A program made the position numbers and the translations under genes. Source: Octopus vulgaris (taxonomy: Eukaryota). Taken from it: 64,000 nucleotides of DNA. The notes beneath the pieces are model-generated. The model was not told the origin of the DNA. It saw nothing but the letters and a program-made list of their open reading frames with translations, and searched no databases. Of the stretch, positions 11,050 through 24,070 are shown in pieces; position 1 is the stretch's first letter, and every line of letters begins with the position of its first letter. Where the stretch lies: contig OX597834.1 of assembly GCA_951406725.2 (NCBI GenBank), forward strand, positions 34,038,001-34,102,000. The letters run 5' to 3'.

Positions 11050-11206
11050 ACCCATAAAAAATTATTTCTGAGTGGTTTTTGGGAGCTGGAACGGATTAAT
11101 TATATTTTAGTTAATTTCAATGAGGAAAATTGATTTGTAAAACGAGTAACTCATAAGATGAGCTCAGTCATGGAACGAATTAAACTCGTACTGCGAGGTA
11201 TTGCTG
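11050..11206. mobile_element. Tigger/pogo-like MITE, one end
   Basis: GGAACGAATTAAACTCGTACTGCGAGGTATTGCTG then TA, resembling Tigger-type termini; the other end was not found. Confidence 0.45.
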
Positions 11207-11575
11207 TATTTTGAAGTACACACATAAAGCTATAAATAATACCTTTTGGACATGTCTACAACAGATGTGAGTTCAAGTCCTACTGGAAACCTTTGACTTT
11301 CTCTATTCAAAAGGGTTTTCCACTCAATATACACATCCTATTATTTACAGCTTTGTGTGCACTTCAAGATATTCCAAAAAGGAATTAGTTCATCCCCTTG
11401 TGTCTTGGGAGAGTCATTATGCCAATGTTATTCACATGCATACTGGTTCAATTCCATTCCTAGACACAACAATATTTGTTTCAACACATAAAGAATCTTG
11501 CAAACCAGGTGCAAAAACGAAGTAGAATTAGTTCATATTCTGCTGAAAGTTTACAAAAAAAACAAACAAACAAAT

Positions 11576-11848
11576 ATTCTGTTGTGTCTGAGGAGAGTCA
11601 TTTTCTTTTTGTGCCTTATAATGTAACACACTCACCGGTAAAATTTCCAATTTTTTTCTTATTTTTATTTTCCTAAAATTTTCGTTGCGTCTTGCAACCT
11701 TTTCAATAGTCTTGACTCAAGACTATTGAAAAGGTTGCAAGACACAACGAAAATTTTAGGAAAATAAAAATAAGAAAAAAGTGGAAATTTTACCGGTGAG
11801 TGGTATAAGGCACAAAAAGAAAATGACTCTCCCCAGACACAACAGAAT
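11576..11848. repeat. Long near-perfect palindrome, probably a Penelope-like inverted terminal structure
   Basis: Arms of about 135 bp centred on C11716 (TCTTGA-C-TCAAGA); related pieces repeated at 11400-11510 and 11850-11890. Confidence 0.85.
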
Positions 11849-12168
11849 TTGCTTCAACACACGAACTCATATAAAGAATCTTGCAAACCAAATCCAAAAA
11901 TGAAACAAAACAAATACCTATGACATCAATATCATAGATATCTATATATAAGTAAAGAACTCAAGATACATAAGATATATATAAGTAAAGAAACCAAGAT
12001 ACATAAGTGGATGGATACATCTCAGCATGACTTTACATTAACGAAAGAAGAAAAACACTGAAATACGTTAACGCAGTCTGACACTGAAGGAAACAGTCGT
12101 AGGTTCAATGACATGCAGCAGCAGCAGAACAAATGGATAAATGGAGCTAAGTAAATCAGTCAGTGATT

Positions 12169-12201
<33 letters not shown>

Positions 12202-12492
12202 GTGTCTATAAATAACTGGGGTTCAGGAAATATTATTGCAGTCTAACGAGTGCTCCTGACATAATCACACCACCTGAGAATTTTGGCAAACAAAGATTTC
12301 CAATACCTCTAACAAATGGGAGGTTTCTTGATAATGGGGAAAGTGGAGAGGGATGGAATATGTATAAAGTGGGGAGGCGGGTGAGGTGAGGTGAGGAGTG
12401 AGGTGAGGTGTGCTGGCTGGTTGGCTGGTTGGTTCATTATTTTCAGGGTCATAAGAAATAGCAAGGTATAATGATATAAACAATAGTGATAA

Positions 12493-12964
12493 TCCTTTTC
12501 TGCCATAGACACAAGGCCTGAAATGTTGGGGGAAGGAGAAAGTCGATTACATCGACTCCAGTTCTCAACTGGTCCTTATTTTATTAACCCTGAAAGGATG
12601 AAAAGCAAAGTCAACCTTGGTGGAATTTGAACTCAGAATGCAAACATGGACAAAATGCCACTCAGCATTTTATCTGGCATTCTAACGATCCTGACAGCAC
12701 AACAACAATAATAATAATAATAATATTAATAATAATAATAATAATAATCCTTTCTATTGTAGGTACAAGACCTGAAATTTAGGGGAGGGGATACATTGAT
12801 TATATTGACCCCAGTACTCAACTGGTACTTATTTTATCGATCTCAAAAAGATGAAAGACAGAGTCAACCTTAGCAGAATTTGAACTCAGAACATAAGGAT
12901 GGACGAAATGCTGTGAAGCATTCTGCCTGGAGTGCTAACGATCCTCCTGCCCATTCACCACCTT
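12493..12964 (-). mobile_element. Two tandem family A SINEs separated by (AAT)n
   Basis: About 12493-12697 and 12748-12964. Confidence 0.85.
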
Positions 12965-13021
12965 AACAACAACAACAATAATAATAATAATAACAATAAT
13001 AATAATAATAACAATAATAAC

Positions 13022-13060
<39 letters not shown>

Positions 13061-13117
13061 CTTTTCTGCTCAAGGAGGAGGAAGTGGATTTGTAATATGT
13101 GAGTATGATTTAATCTC

Positions 13118-13450
13118 TATATATATGTGTATATATATATAGAGCGACTATATATATATATATATATACATAATATACACAAACGTATATACATGTATAT
13201 ACCTATACATACCTACATACAGATATGTATACAACTATACATATACAAATATGCATACATTATGTGTGTGTGTGCATGTGTGTGTCTGCATGTGTGCACA
13301 AACACACACATATATATATATATATATACATACATATATATGCATATATACATACATATATATACATATGTATACAGACATAATACATAATACATATACA
13401 TACATAAACACATACATGAACACACACACACACATATGTATGTACATATA
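13118..13450. repeat. (TA/CA) microsatellite block
   Basis: Direct inspection. Confidence 0.9.
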
Positions 13451-13815
13451 AATTTAAATAATACAAAAAAACATACAAGGAAAGAAAACGAGAAGACAAG
13501 AGAGCGTTAGGGATCAAAATGAAATCTAACGAATAAAATATGTAATTACAAATTAAGAAGCTAATTAGTTAAACTGTAGAAATAGAAATAACGAAGTATC
13601 ACGTTCCTACAAGTCATTAATGTAGAAACAGAGCAGAGATCTATTACTGGGAAATGGGAAAATAGAATTGCGTAAGTGCAGGTGGTAACAGATCTTAATT
13701 AGAACTGCAGTTTGGTGCACAATTATGAAGGGCTGCACAAACATGTGCACAATTAGAGCAACGTCTGCAGAGAATATTGAATAATGACAAGTGTTTCACA
13801 GTGTGAAGAATTAAC

Positions 13816-14402
13816 GTGTGTGTGTGTGTGTGTGAGGGGAGTAAGAGAGAGAGGGAGAGTAAGAGAGAGAGGGTAAGAGAGGGAGGGAGGGAGAGAAAGA
13901 GAGAGTGAGAGAGAGAAGGAGAGAGGGAGAGACAAAGAGAGAGGGAGAGACAAAGAGAGAGGGAGAGAAAGTGAGAGTGAGAGAGAGAAAGAGAGAGGGA
14001 GAGACAAAGAGAGATGGAGAGAAAAAGAGAAAGAGTAAGAGAGAGAGAGAGGGATGGAGAGAAAGGGAGAGGGAGAGAGAAAGAGAGAGGGAAAGAAAGA
14101 GAAAGAGAGAAAGCCAGAGAGTTTGCATACGTACAGCTGTGTATAAGAGAGAGGAAGATGAAGCTTATCTATGTGGGGGGGGGGAGAAAAAGAGAGAAGG
14201 GAAAGAAAGAGGAGGGAGGGAGAGAAAGAAGGGAAAAAAGATAAAGAGAGAGGGGTGAAGAAAGAGTAAGAGTTTGTCTCTGTGCACGTGGTTGTGTGTG
14301 TGTGAGAAAGAAGCTCATGTATGTGTGTCTGTGAGTTTCAATGCTTTTTTTTTTACTTTTGTGAGTGTGTGTGTGTGGCGGGGGAGTAAGTGCCAATGCT
14401 TG

Positions 14403-14469
<67 letters not shown>

Positions 14470-14470
14470 T
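13816..14470. repeat. (GA)-rich polypurine tract flanked by (GT)n and (TA)n
   Basis: Direct inspection. Confidence 0.9.
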
Positions 14471-14658
14471 GTCTCTCAGTGACTGAATGCATATGAAAGT
14501 AAGTATACGTATGTGATGTGTGTGTGTTTGTGCAGAATTCCTAGGAACACTTTCCAGAACCCTAGGGTTCCGAGGAATCCCGGTTGAGAAACGCTGGCTT
14601 AGAGGGTTAAACAGAAAGCCTGTATCCTAGAACTAAAGGATGGTTTCTGGCCGGTTGG

Positions 14659-14672
14659 CATCATCATCATCG

Positions 14673-14703
<31 letters not shown>

Positions 14704-14815
14704 TTAATGTCCATTTCCCATGCTGGCATGGGTTGGACAGTCTGACAGCAGCTGGCAAGGCTTGAGGGTTGCACCAGACTTCACTGTCTGTTTTGGCAGG
14801 GGTTTTCCACAGCAG
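14659..14815 (-). mobile_element. Family C, short 3' copy with (GAT)n tail
   Basis: (CAT)n then TTTAATGTCCATTTCCCATGCTGGCATGGGTTGGAC. Confidence 0.8.
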
Positions 14816-14869
14816 AAGTGCTAGGGCCTGCATCCCCTAGTGATGAGGATTGGCCTGCAACAGTCCTAT

Positions 14870-15350
14870 GTCAGTGCCACGTAGAAAGCACTCACAGCGG
14901 TGCCACATAAAGGCACTCGTGACAGTGGCACGTTAAAAGCACCCAGCAAACACTGTAAAGTGGTTGGCATTAGGAAGGGCATTGAGCCATAGGAAACTAT
15001 ACTGAATCAGACTGGACCCTGGTGCAGCTCTCCAGCTTGCCAGATCTGGTCAAACCTGTTTCTTTATTACCCAGAAGGGGCTAAACATAGAGGGGACAAA
15101 CAAGGACAGACAGACGGATTAAGTCGATTACATCAACCCCAGTGTGTAACTGGTACTTAATTCATCGACCCCGAAAGGATGAAAGGCAAAGTCGACCTCG
15201 GCGGAATTTGAACTCAGAACGTAACGGCAGACGAAATACGACTACGCATTTCACCCGGTGTGCTAACGTTTCTGCCATCCAACCCATGCCAGCATGGACA
15301 ACAGATATTAAAGGATAATGCTGATGGTGATAATAATGATCATGATGATG
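14870..15350 (+). mobile_element. Family C copy interrupted by a family A SINE
   Basis: GTGCCACGTAGAAAGCAC subrepeats, TGGTTGGCATTAGGAAGGGCAT, resumes at TCCAACCCATGCCAGCATGG after 15277. Confidence 0.8.
15058..15277 (-). mobile_element. SINE family A, young subfamily, nested in family C
   Basis: Same tail type as 1376-1606; CpG-rich. Confidence 0.88.
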
Positions 15351-15564
15351 ATCATGATGCCCTTCCTAATGTCAGCAACCTTACAGTGTGGACTCAGTGT
15401 TTTTCCCATGGCACTGATGAGGTCTCAAAATGGTTAAGTTGAAAATTATAAGAAACTTGTAAGATGTTCTCAGATCTTGTCTCAGTGAAGTCAGGTGATG
15501 TTGACAGTTGTTTGGGCTACGTTTGGCACTTGTTTCTGTCTTTATTGGCACAAAGGCTGACCTT

Positions 15565-15908
15565 TATTTAAAGAGTGAAGAAAGAAGGGGAAGGAAAAAT
15601 GGAAGGAGAGAGAGAGGGAGAGAGAAGAAATACGTTAGGAGTGAGAGAAGGAGAGGAAGAAAGAATGGAAGATTAATGGAAAGGAGAAAGATGGAATGGC
15701 AGAAAGAAAATGAAGAAAGAAAGAAACAAGTGAAGAATGCAGGAAAAGAGAGAAAGGAAAGACTTAAGGAAAAGGGAGAGAAGAGCAAGAAGTAAATAAA
15801 AGGAAGGAAGGAAAGGGAGAGAGGAAGGAAGGAAGGAAGACATGGAGAAAGAAAGACAGAAAGAATATGAAGAAAGAAAAAGAAAGAAAGCAAAAAAGAA
15901 AATATATA

Positions 15909-15963
<55 letters not shown>

Positions 15964-16050
15964 GTATATACATATATATATATAGAAAGAAAGAAAGAGG
16001 AGGAAGAAAGAAAGAAAACTAAAGAAAAAGAAGGAAAAGAAATATAAAAT
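15565..16050. repeat. Polypurine tract with embedded (TA)n
   Basis: Direct inspection. Confidence 0.85.
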
Positions 16051-16177
16051 TTATTTATTTATATATTTATTTATTAGTCATTTGAAGAAACGGTATATGA
16101 CAAATGTTTAATGCAAAAAGAAAACCTCTTTTTGTTCCTGACAATGTGCGTGCGTGTGTATGTGTGAAAGAGACTGT

Positions 16178-16225
<48 letters not shown>

Positions 16226-16419
16226 CAGTCATCATGTATTATCATATTCATATGTGATCAATCATACCCGCACCTCTATGGCGAGTGTTTTTCCCCTCTT
16301 GTTTCCAATTCAAATGTAAGTCTACAGACTCGCTTCTTAACTGAGGAGAATTCTTGACAAATAGAGGAATATATATGTTGGACGTTGAAACAGTGTCCCC
16401 ACCACGACCACCACCACTC

Positions 16420-16809
16420 TCTGTATGTGTGTGCATAAACACATGTATGTATGTATGTATGTACAAACACATATATACACACATGCATATATGCACAAAC
16501 ACACAAATATATATATAGACAAATATACGTACAAATACACACACACACGCACACACATATATATATGTGTATATTATGTATATGTATATATGTATGTGTA
16601 ATATGTATGTGTATGTATATATACATAAATACACATGTGCACACATTCATACATGCATATACATACATAATACACACATACAATCATACATACATACATA
16701 CACGCATAATACATACACAGATACGTACACAAACACAAACATACATACACATGCATATATATACACACACACAAATACATGCTCACTGTCACTGCATATA
16801 TGTGTATAT

Positions 16810-16866
<57 letters not shown>

Positions 16867-17190
16867 AATATATGTATGTATATATACATAAATATACATG
16901 TGCACACATTCATATATACACATACATAACACACACATACAATCATACATACATACATACACATGCATACACACACACACACACACACACACACAAATAC
17001 ATGCTCACTGCCACTGCATATCAACGACTTTAATATTTATACATGAAACAAAAGCAACATGTAACCCTCACTGTTTACCACATGTACATATACATTTGTG
17101 TGTATAGATGTGTGTCTATATACAAATGTGTGTGTGTGTGCATGGATGTTTGTGTGTGTGAGTGTGTGTGAGTGGATGTGTGTGCCAGTA

Positions 17191-17227
<37 letters not shown>

Positions 17228-17255
17228 GCATGCCAGATACATAAAGGTATACATG

Positions 17256-17295
<40 letters not shown>
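16420..17295. repeat. (TA/CA/TG) block with an internal tandem duplication of about 230 bp
   Basis: ATACATGCTCACTGYCACTGCATAT at about 16775 and 16997, with colinear upstream sequence. Confidence 0.85.
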
Positions 17296-17297
<2 letters not shown>

Positions 17298-17512
17298 GCT
17301 CGTTCTACAGGGTACAGGAACCTATCAGGAAATTACTCACGGATTCTATAACCGAACAACAAAAGTACAAACAACATAAAGGAAAACTGAAGCAGACCGA
17401 AAACAACAGCAACAACAACAACAACAAATAATAATAATAAAAGCTAAATCTATTACTGAGAAGACCAAAGCTAAATTTTAATAATACAAAACAAAATAAA
17501 CAAACACAGAGG

Positions 17513-18814
17513 GACACACACACACACATATATATATACGCACACATAAACATATATATATACACACACACATAAATACACACACACACACATATATATA
17601 TACACACACATAAACATATATATATATATATACACACACACACATAAATACATACACACACACATATATATATATATACACAAATATATATATATATGCA
17701 CATAAATATATCTATATGCACATAAATATATGTATATATACACATATATATATATATACATGCATAAATACATATATGTGCACATAAATATATGTATATA
17801 TACACATACATATACGTATACATACACATAAATATATGTATATATACACATTATATATATACATAAATATGTATACATACATAAATATATATATGTATAT
17901 ATACATAAATATATATATGTATATATACATAAATATATATATGTATGTATGGATGTATGTATGTATGTATGTATGTATGCTATAGATGTATATAAAACAG
18001 GCTGTTGTGTGTATAAAAGGCTAATATAACAATATGCTCATTCATGTGTAATGTTGTTCCGCGTAATAATACACGCCATCGAGTGTAAGATTAACACACT
18101 CATGTAAATGATATTAATCCACTTCAAATGGTGTGGTTGACTAATTCTCGGATGGAAATAGCCAAGCTGTGTGATGTTATATAGTGTTGCTAAGTATATA
18201 TAATACTGTATATGCTCAGTTTGGTTCGTGGGGTGGAATGTGTTGGGTGCAGAAACTGCATGGAAGCCTGTCTTATCAGTACGTATGTATGTGTGTATCT
18301 ATGTATGTATGTGTGTGTATGTATGTATGTATGTATGTCTGTATGTGTGTATGTATGTATGTACGTATGTCTGTATGTGTGTGTATGTATGTATGTATGT
18401 ATGTATGTATGTATGTATGTATGTATGTGTGTATGTATGTGTGTATGCATGTACATATGAATGTATGTATGTATATATGTGTGTATATGTATGTACATAT
18501 GTATGTATATATGTTTGTATGTATGTACGTGTGTATGTATGTTATGTATGTATCTTATGTATATGTATGTGTATATATCTATGTATGTGTGTATATATGT
18601 ATGTGCGTATGTATGTAGGTATACATACTAACCCACAACAGTCATGCAATATGCATGTATACATGTGTGCAAGTGTATGCATGTGTGTGTGTATATATAT
18701 ACACACATACATACATATATATATTTGTATGTATGTTTGTACGTATATGCATGTGTGTGTGTATAGACATAAATATAATAGTGTTCTTAAGCGACATAAA
18801 TACATGTGCATATA

Positions 18815-18848
<34 letters not shown>

Positions 18849-18850
18849 AG
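17513..18850. repeat. (CA/TA)n and (TATG)n microsatellite blocks
   Basis: Direct inspection; a short unique spacer lies at about 18000-18280. Confidence 0.85.
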
Positions 18851-19094
18851 CTCAAATAAACACACGTTAAAGTATTGCATCTTTCCAAAAGTAGTGATCG
18901 TAATTCCTACGTTAGAAAAGATACAACTATGCAATGAAGTAACTGTGCCATCAAAAGAGTGTAATTTCTGTAATAAACGAACATATACTGTGTGTATTTA
19001 TGTGTGTGTGTAAGCGCATGCACGTGTGTGTGTAGTGCATGTATGTATGCATGTGTGTGTGTGTAAGACACCCTAAAGAGAGGCAACACTAGAC

Positions 19095-19340
19095 TGCTCA
19101 GTAAAAATCATCACAGAATAAAGATTAAAGCTAGTGGGTCACATTGCTGGCCACCAGAACAAAGCCATTCTAAAATAGCTTTCTAATGGATACCAGTGGA
19201 AGGGGAAAACAGAAATAAAAAATTAAAATTAAGAGGTAGAGAAGCGGTACCACAGATGGATGCAGAGAAAACAGCAGCTAACAGAAACCAGGGGTATCAT
19301 CTTGCTGGTCAATATCCTTGAGAACATAGAAGGAACTGAA
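19095..19340 (+). pseudogene. Possible old RTE-like LINE C-terminal remnant
   Basis: *RLKLVGHIAG resembles the RLxWxGHxxR motif; the rest is heavily decayed. Confidence 0.35.
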
Positions 19341-19346
19341 ACTAAT

Positions 19347-19746
19347 GTGGCTGTGTGGTAAGTAGCTTGCTTACCAACCACATGGTTCCGGGTCCAGTTC
19401 CACTGCATGGCACCTTGGGCAAGTGTCTTCTGCTATAGCCCCGGGCCGACCAATATGCCTTGTGAGTGGTTTTGGTAGACGGAAACTGAAAGAAGCCGGT
19501 CGTATATATGTATATATATGTATGTGTGTGTATATGTTTGTGTGTCTGTGTTTGTCCCCCTAGCATTGCTTGACAACCGATGTTGGTGTGTTTACGTCCC
19601 CGTCACTTAGCGGTTTGGCAAAAGAGACCGATAGAATAAGTACTGGGCTTACAAAGAATAAGTCCGGGGACGATTTGCTCGACTAAAAAGGCGGATTCTC
19701 CAGCATGGCCGCAGTCAAATGACTGAAACAAGTAAAAGAGTAAAGA

Positions 19747-19747
<1 letters not shown>
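19347..19747 (+). mobile_element. SINE family B, near full-length
   Basis: tRNA-like head TGGCTGTGTGGTAAG...GGTCCAGTTCC, CORE-like GGCACCTTGGGCAAGTGTC, internal (TA/TG)n, tail AAGTAAAAGAGTAAAGAG. Confidence 0.9.
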
Positions 19748-19798
<51 letters not shown>

Positions 19799-19807
19799 AT
19801 GTATATA

Positions 19808-20125
19808 TCATCATCAACATTGTATAACGTCCACCTTTCATGCTGGCATGGGTTGGATGGTTTGACAGGAGCCAGCCAGGCAGGAGATTGCACCAGAGTT
19901 CTGTGTTTGTTATGGCATGGTTTTTTTACAGCTGAATGCCCCTCCAAATGCCGACCACTTTACAGTGTGAACTTGAGGATTTTTAAGTGGCACTTGCACT
20001 AGCAGGGTCACCAAGTAACTTGCAAGATAAGGATCCTTTGAGAGTAGAGGATGTGATCTTCTGTCAGATGATGAAAGGTTCAAGTGTGGCAGAGAGACAG
20101 AGTGGCAGAAACAGGTGCCTTGATG
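19808..20125 (-). mobile_element. Family C-related element, variant 5' part
   Basis: CATCATCA...TAACGTCCACCTTTCATGCTGGCATGGGTTGGA...ACAGCTGAATGCCC. Confidence 0.7.
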
Positions 20126-20453
20126 TATATTAGTTTAGTGGTGGTCTTCCCTTAGGCAGGCCCTGTGCATGGGAACCTTCTCCAGCACTCTATATAAGAC
20201 ATCAGGGGCCTCATACCTTCCCCTGTTACCTTTAAGAGGTTACTGGAACTTTGGCTACCATGACTATACTTGAGATGAAAACTGGAGTTGTTTCTCCATT
20301 GCCTTACCCAGCCAGGCGATATTTGAACACAGAATGTAGAGAGCCAGAAGATATACAGTAATACATTTCTGCCGATGCTCCAATGATTCTGCCACTCTTC
20401 CACTTGCAGAGCAATGTGAAATGAAGTCTTTTGCTCAAGAACACAATGTATGC

Positions 20454-20484
<31 letters not shown>

Positions 20485-20541
20485 TAGATTGCTAGCCATT
20501 AAACCTTTTTCTATTTTCTCTCCCTGTTTATTTCTGTGTTC

Positions 20542-20577
20542 CTTTCTGTCAAAGAGCGTAGGCTCGAAACGTAAAAG
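20542..20577 (+). ncRNA. Minimal type I hammerhead-ribozyme-like motif with a non-canonical core, within a probable Penelope-like terminal fragment (about 20490-20668)
   Basis: CTTT-CTGTCAA-A-GAGC(GTAG)GCTC-GAAAC-GTA-AAAG: stems I and II and GAAACGUA are intact; core CUGUCAA differs from CUGANGA at two positions. Confidence 0.55.
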
Positions 20578-20672
20578 ACTTTTTCACTTCCCAAGTGTTA
20601 AACTTATACATCTGCTTGTTGTTTACACACCTGTCTTCATCTTTTGCTTTTTTGTAAATTCTCACTATACAC

Positions 20673-20767
20673 ACATACATACATACATACATACATACAT
20701 ACATACATACATACATACATACATACATACATACATACATACATACATACATACATACATACATACA

Positions 20768-20828
<61 letters not shown>
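20673..20828. repeat. (ACAT)n then (AT)n
   Basis: Perfect tetranucleotide run. Confidence 0.95.
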
Positions 20829-20831
<3 letters not shown>

Positions 20832-21054
20832 TTAGGAAGGACATCAAGTTGTGGAAACCATGTTGTGTGCTACACTACAACAATTTCTGATATCTTGGCA
20901 TCTGAAGCAACTGGAGATACAACAGTTTGACCAAAAGAATCGGCTATTGTAATCAAAAATAAATATTAGAAAGAACACATTTGGCCAAATTTGGACATAC
21001 AGCAGTTTAACATAATAGCAACGATATGTGTGTATGTAAAATATATGTATTTAT

Positions 21055-21270
21055 TTATATGTGTCTGCGTTTGTCTCCCACACCATTTCTTGACAACTGA
21101 TGTTGATGTGTTTATGTCCTCATAACCTAGTGGTTCAGTAAAAGAGACCGATAGAATAAGTCCTAGGCTTACAAAGAATAAGTCCTGAGGTTGATTTCTG
21201 TGACTAAAAACTCTTTAAGGCCGTGCTCCAGCATGGCTGCAGTCAAATGAGTGAAACAACTAACAGAATA
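21055..21270 (+). mobile_element. SINE family B, 3' half
   Basis: Matches the 3' half of 19347-19747. Confidence 0.8.
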
Positions 21271-21974
21271 CCAGAATAAAAGCAATTTAACATTAAATTG
21301 AAGAATGACATTTTTTTTAGTAGAATTTGAAGAACTTATGTTTAGGTACCACTGAGTTGCAACTTCGGTACCAATGTCATTTTAGTAACACACAACAGGT
21401 CACGGGAAGTTCACATGTAAAGTCTAATAGTGTTTGAAAATTTGACAGACATTATCAATTTAGATTTTTCAAAGGAATGTGTTGCTTCACACAGAATTTG
21501 TTGTTTTACCATTTGAATATTTCTAAATAACACCATTGAGATTGCTGCAGTGATATGTTATACCCGCACAGACAAACACAGAGGTTTTCATTGGCAATAA
21601 GGTTGTTAAAAAATAACTGCCTATCAGTGTTAGGTGCTAAATTGTCCAATATTTCCATTCATGGGGTAGCCATTTTGAATTTTGAGGAAACAATCACATT
21701 AGAGCAAGTTATAGATTTTTGAGAAAAGTTTTTGGAAAAAAAGAAGAGGAAAAAAGAAGTAAAAAAAAAAAACCATGGAAAATCTTTTTCTCAAAAGAAA
21801 TTATTTAACAGCTTGTTCGTATTTGATGTTTAAAACATAAAAGCCCAAAGCCAGTTTTATTATTTTTCCTAGCTCGATTTTATTATGCCCCTATACAGGG
21901 GATATATGAAAATAGTCAGAAGAGAATATGAAATCTATTCTGCCTGTTATTTAACCATTATTTCTATGAAAAGA

Positions 21975-22190
21975 AGGCGGCGAGTTGGCAGAATTGTTAG
22001 CACGCCAGACAAAATGCTTAGTGTTATATCGTCTGCTGTTATGTTCTGAGTTCAAATTCCGCCGAGGTCAACTTCGCCTTTCATCCTTTCGGGGTCGATA
22101 AATTAAGTACCAGTGAAACACTGCGGTTGATGTAATGAATTAGTGCCCTCCCCACAAATTTGAGGCCTTGTGCCTCCAGCAGAAAGGATT
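21975..22190 (+). mobile_element. SINE family A, full-length
   Basis: AAGGCGGCGAGTTGGCAGAA head through GCAGAAAGGATTATT tail. Confidence 0.88.
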
Positions 22191-22202
22191 ATTTGTATGA
22201 AT

Positions 22203-22810
22203 AGGTGCAGGTGTGGTTGCGTGGTTAAGAAGCTCACTTTTCAACCGTGTGGTTTGGAGTTCAGTCCCACTGTGCGGCACTTTGGGCAAGTTTCTCCTAT
22301 TATAACCAGGGGTGTAACTAGGGTAAATGGTGCCCAGGACGAGCATCAAAATGTGTATGTGAAGGTGTGTGTGTGTGAGGTGACTGAATGTGTGTATGTT
22401 GAAGACAGACTGTGTACATGTGTGTTTCTATGGGTGTCTGTGTATATGTGTATCCATAGAGGAGTAACTGAGTGTGTATGGCTGAGTTTGTGTATGTATG
22501 TGTGAGATTATGTTTGTGAGATTAAGTAGGTATGTGACTATGTATGCATATATCTATGAATGTGTCTCAATGTGTGTGTGCACATGTGTGCATGTATGCG
22601 TGTGTGTGTTTGTCACCCCACCACCACTTGACAAGTGTTGGTTTGTTTACATCCTTGTAACCAAGCACTTTGGCAAAAGAAACTGATAGAATAAGTCTCA
22701 GACTTGAAATTAAGTACTGAGGTCGATTTATTCAAATTAACTCTTCAAGCCGGTGCCCCAGCATGGCCATAATCCAACGACGAAATGAAGCAAAAGACAA
22801 GGGATAAAAA
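22203..22810 (+). mobile_element. SINE family B, head (22203-22310) and tail (22600-22810) separated by TG-rich sequence
   Basis: Both ends match family B. Confidence 0.7.
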
Positions 22811-23299
22811 GTTAAGCATAAAGGTGCCTGAAGCAATAGAAATATTCTCTTGTTACCATTCCTTGATTCAGTTCCCAGTTGGTGAGGAAGGCCAGTGTGA
22901 TGCTGTCTTAACAGACCAATTAATCTCTCTCGAGGCTCCTGTATCAGATCAGAAGCACAAGATAACACTAATGAAAAACTGCAAGCCTTTAGCTATGCCG
23001 GTCTCTCGTTTAAGCAAATAGAATTATGCACACAGAAATTACAATGATAACATCAGCAATGGTGATAACATAATTCTGAAAGAAGCAGCAAATGATGAGG
23101 TGCATGTTAAATAATGATTTTAACCTCTTCTGTTATCATAGTTCTGTTGAAACGTGAAGGTGCATGGCTCAGTGGTTACAGTGTTGGGCTTACAATCATA
23201 AGGTGGTGAGTGTGTATATCATGTGACTAAAGCAGTTCAAGCCATGGAAGGTATCCACTGAGCTTGGTAGAACCGTAGTTGATGAGCTGACATGTTGTG

Positions 23300-24070
23300 C
23301 ATTGATTCACTCTGCATGTGATTTTGAAAGCCACACAGGTGAACGTGCAACATAGTCAATTTGGGAACTTATGTTTTAGAAGTTCAAACTGGTCTTATAA
23401 CACTTTAGAAGCAACCCAAAACATTTGGTGTGTGAAAGGTAAAGGCGTAGTTGATAACAGTACAGTAACCAGAAGGTTCAAGAAATTTCACTTGAGTTGC
23501 AAGAACCTCAGCAATCAAGCAAGATTAGGTGGGCCTAAAACTGTGGATTTCAAAGGCCTTGCTCCAAACCACAGAGGCAAATCCAGTGAGTAGCACTCAG
23601 AAAGTATCAGGTGAGCTCAGCATCTCACGGATGTATGCCATTGTGTAGCAAAAATACCCAGCCTTGGTTAAGAGAAAGCAAGCCCTTCTGGAGCAAGACC
23701 TCATAAGACTCAAACAACCCAAACTAAACTTCAGGAACTTGAGGGAGTCAAACTTATGTCACACCCAGCTCACACCCAACATATAGTCCAGACCTGGCTC
23801 TCTAAGATTATCATTTGTTCTGATCCAGGGCTCATTTCCTACACTCACGATGCTTCATCAACCAAGCGGAGATGGCAGCTTCAGCACAGGAGTCCTTGAC
23901 CTCAAAGGACAAGAACTGATATCAGCATGAGATCAAAGAATTTGGCAGAAAGGCAGCTTCAGATGGTGCCATATGATGGCCTCTACTTTGAATGCTTGGC
24001 TGATTTTCTTGTAACTTGATGAGTAAAACAAATAAATTACCAAAATATTACAAGACTTTTGATTCAACAC
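23300..24070 (+). pseudogene. Decayed mariner-type transposase, internally deleted
   Basis: HTH-like EATQNIWCVKGKGVVDNSTVTRRFKKF...NQARLGGPKTVD; C-terminal YSPDLAL*DYHLF...YDGLYFE; stops and frameshifts. Confidence 0.8.

Noticed and set aside
15410-15460. CTGATGAG as a hammerhead core
   Set aside because: No stem II and no correctly placed GAAA.
22785-23021. 78-aa ORF in unique sequence
   Set aside because: Starts inside a SINE tail; no recognisable motif or convincing splice sites.
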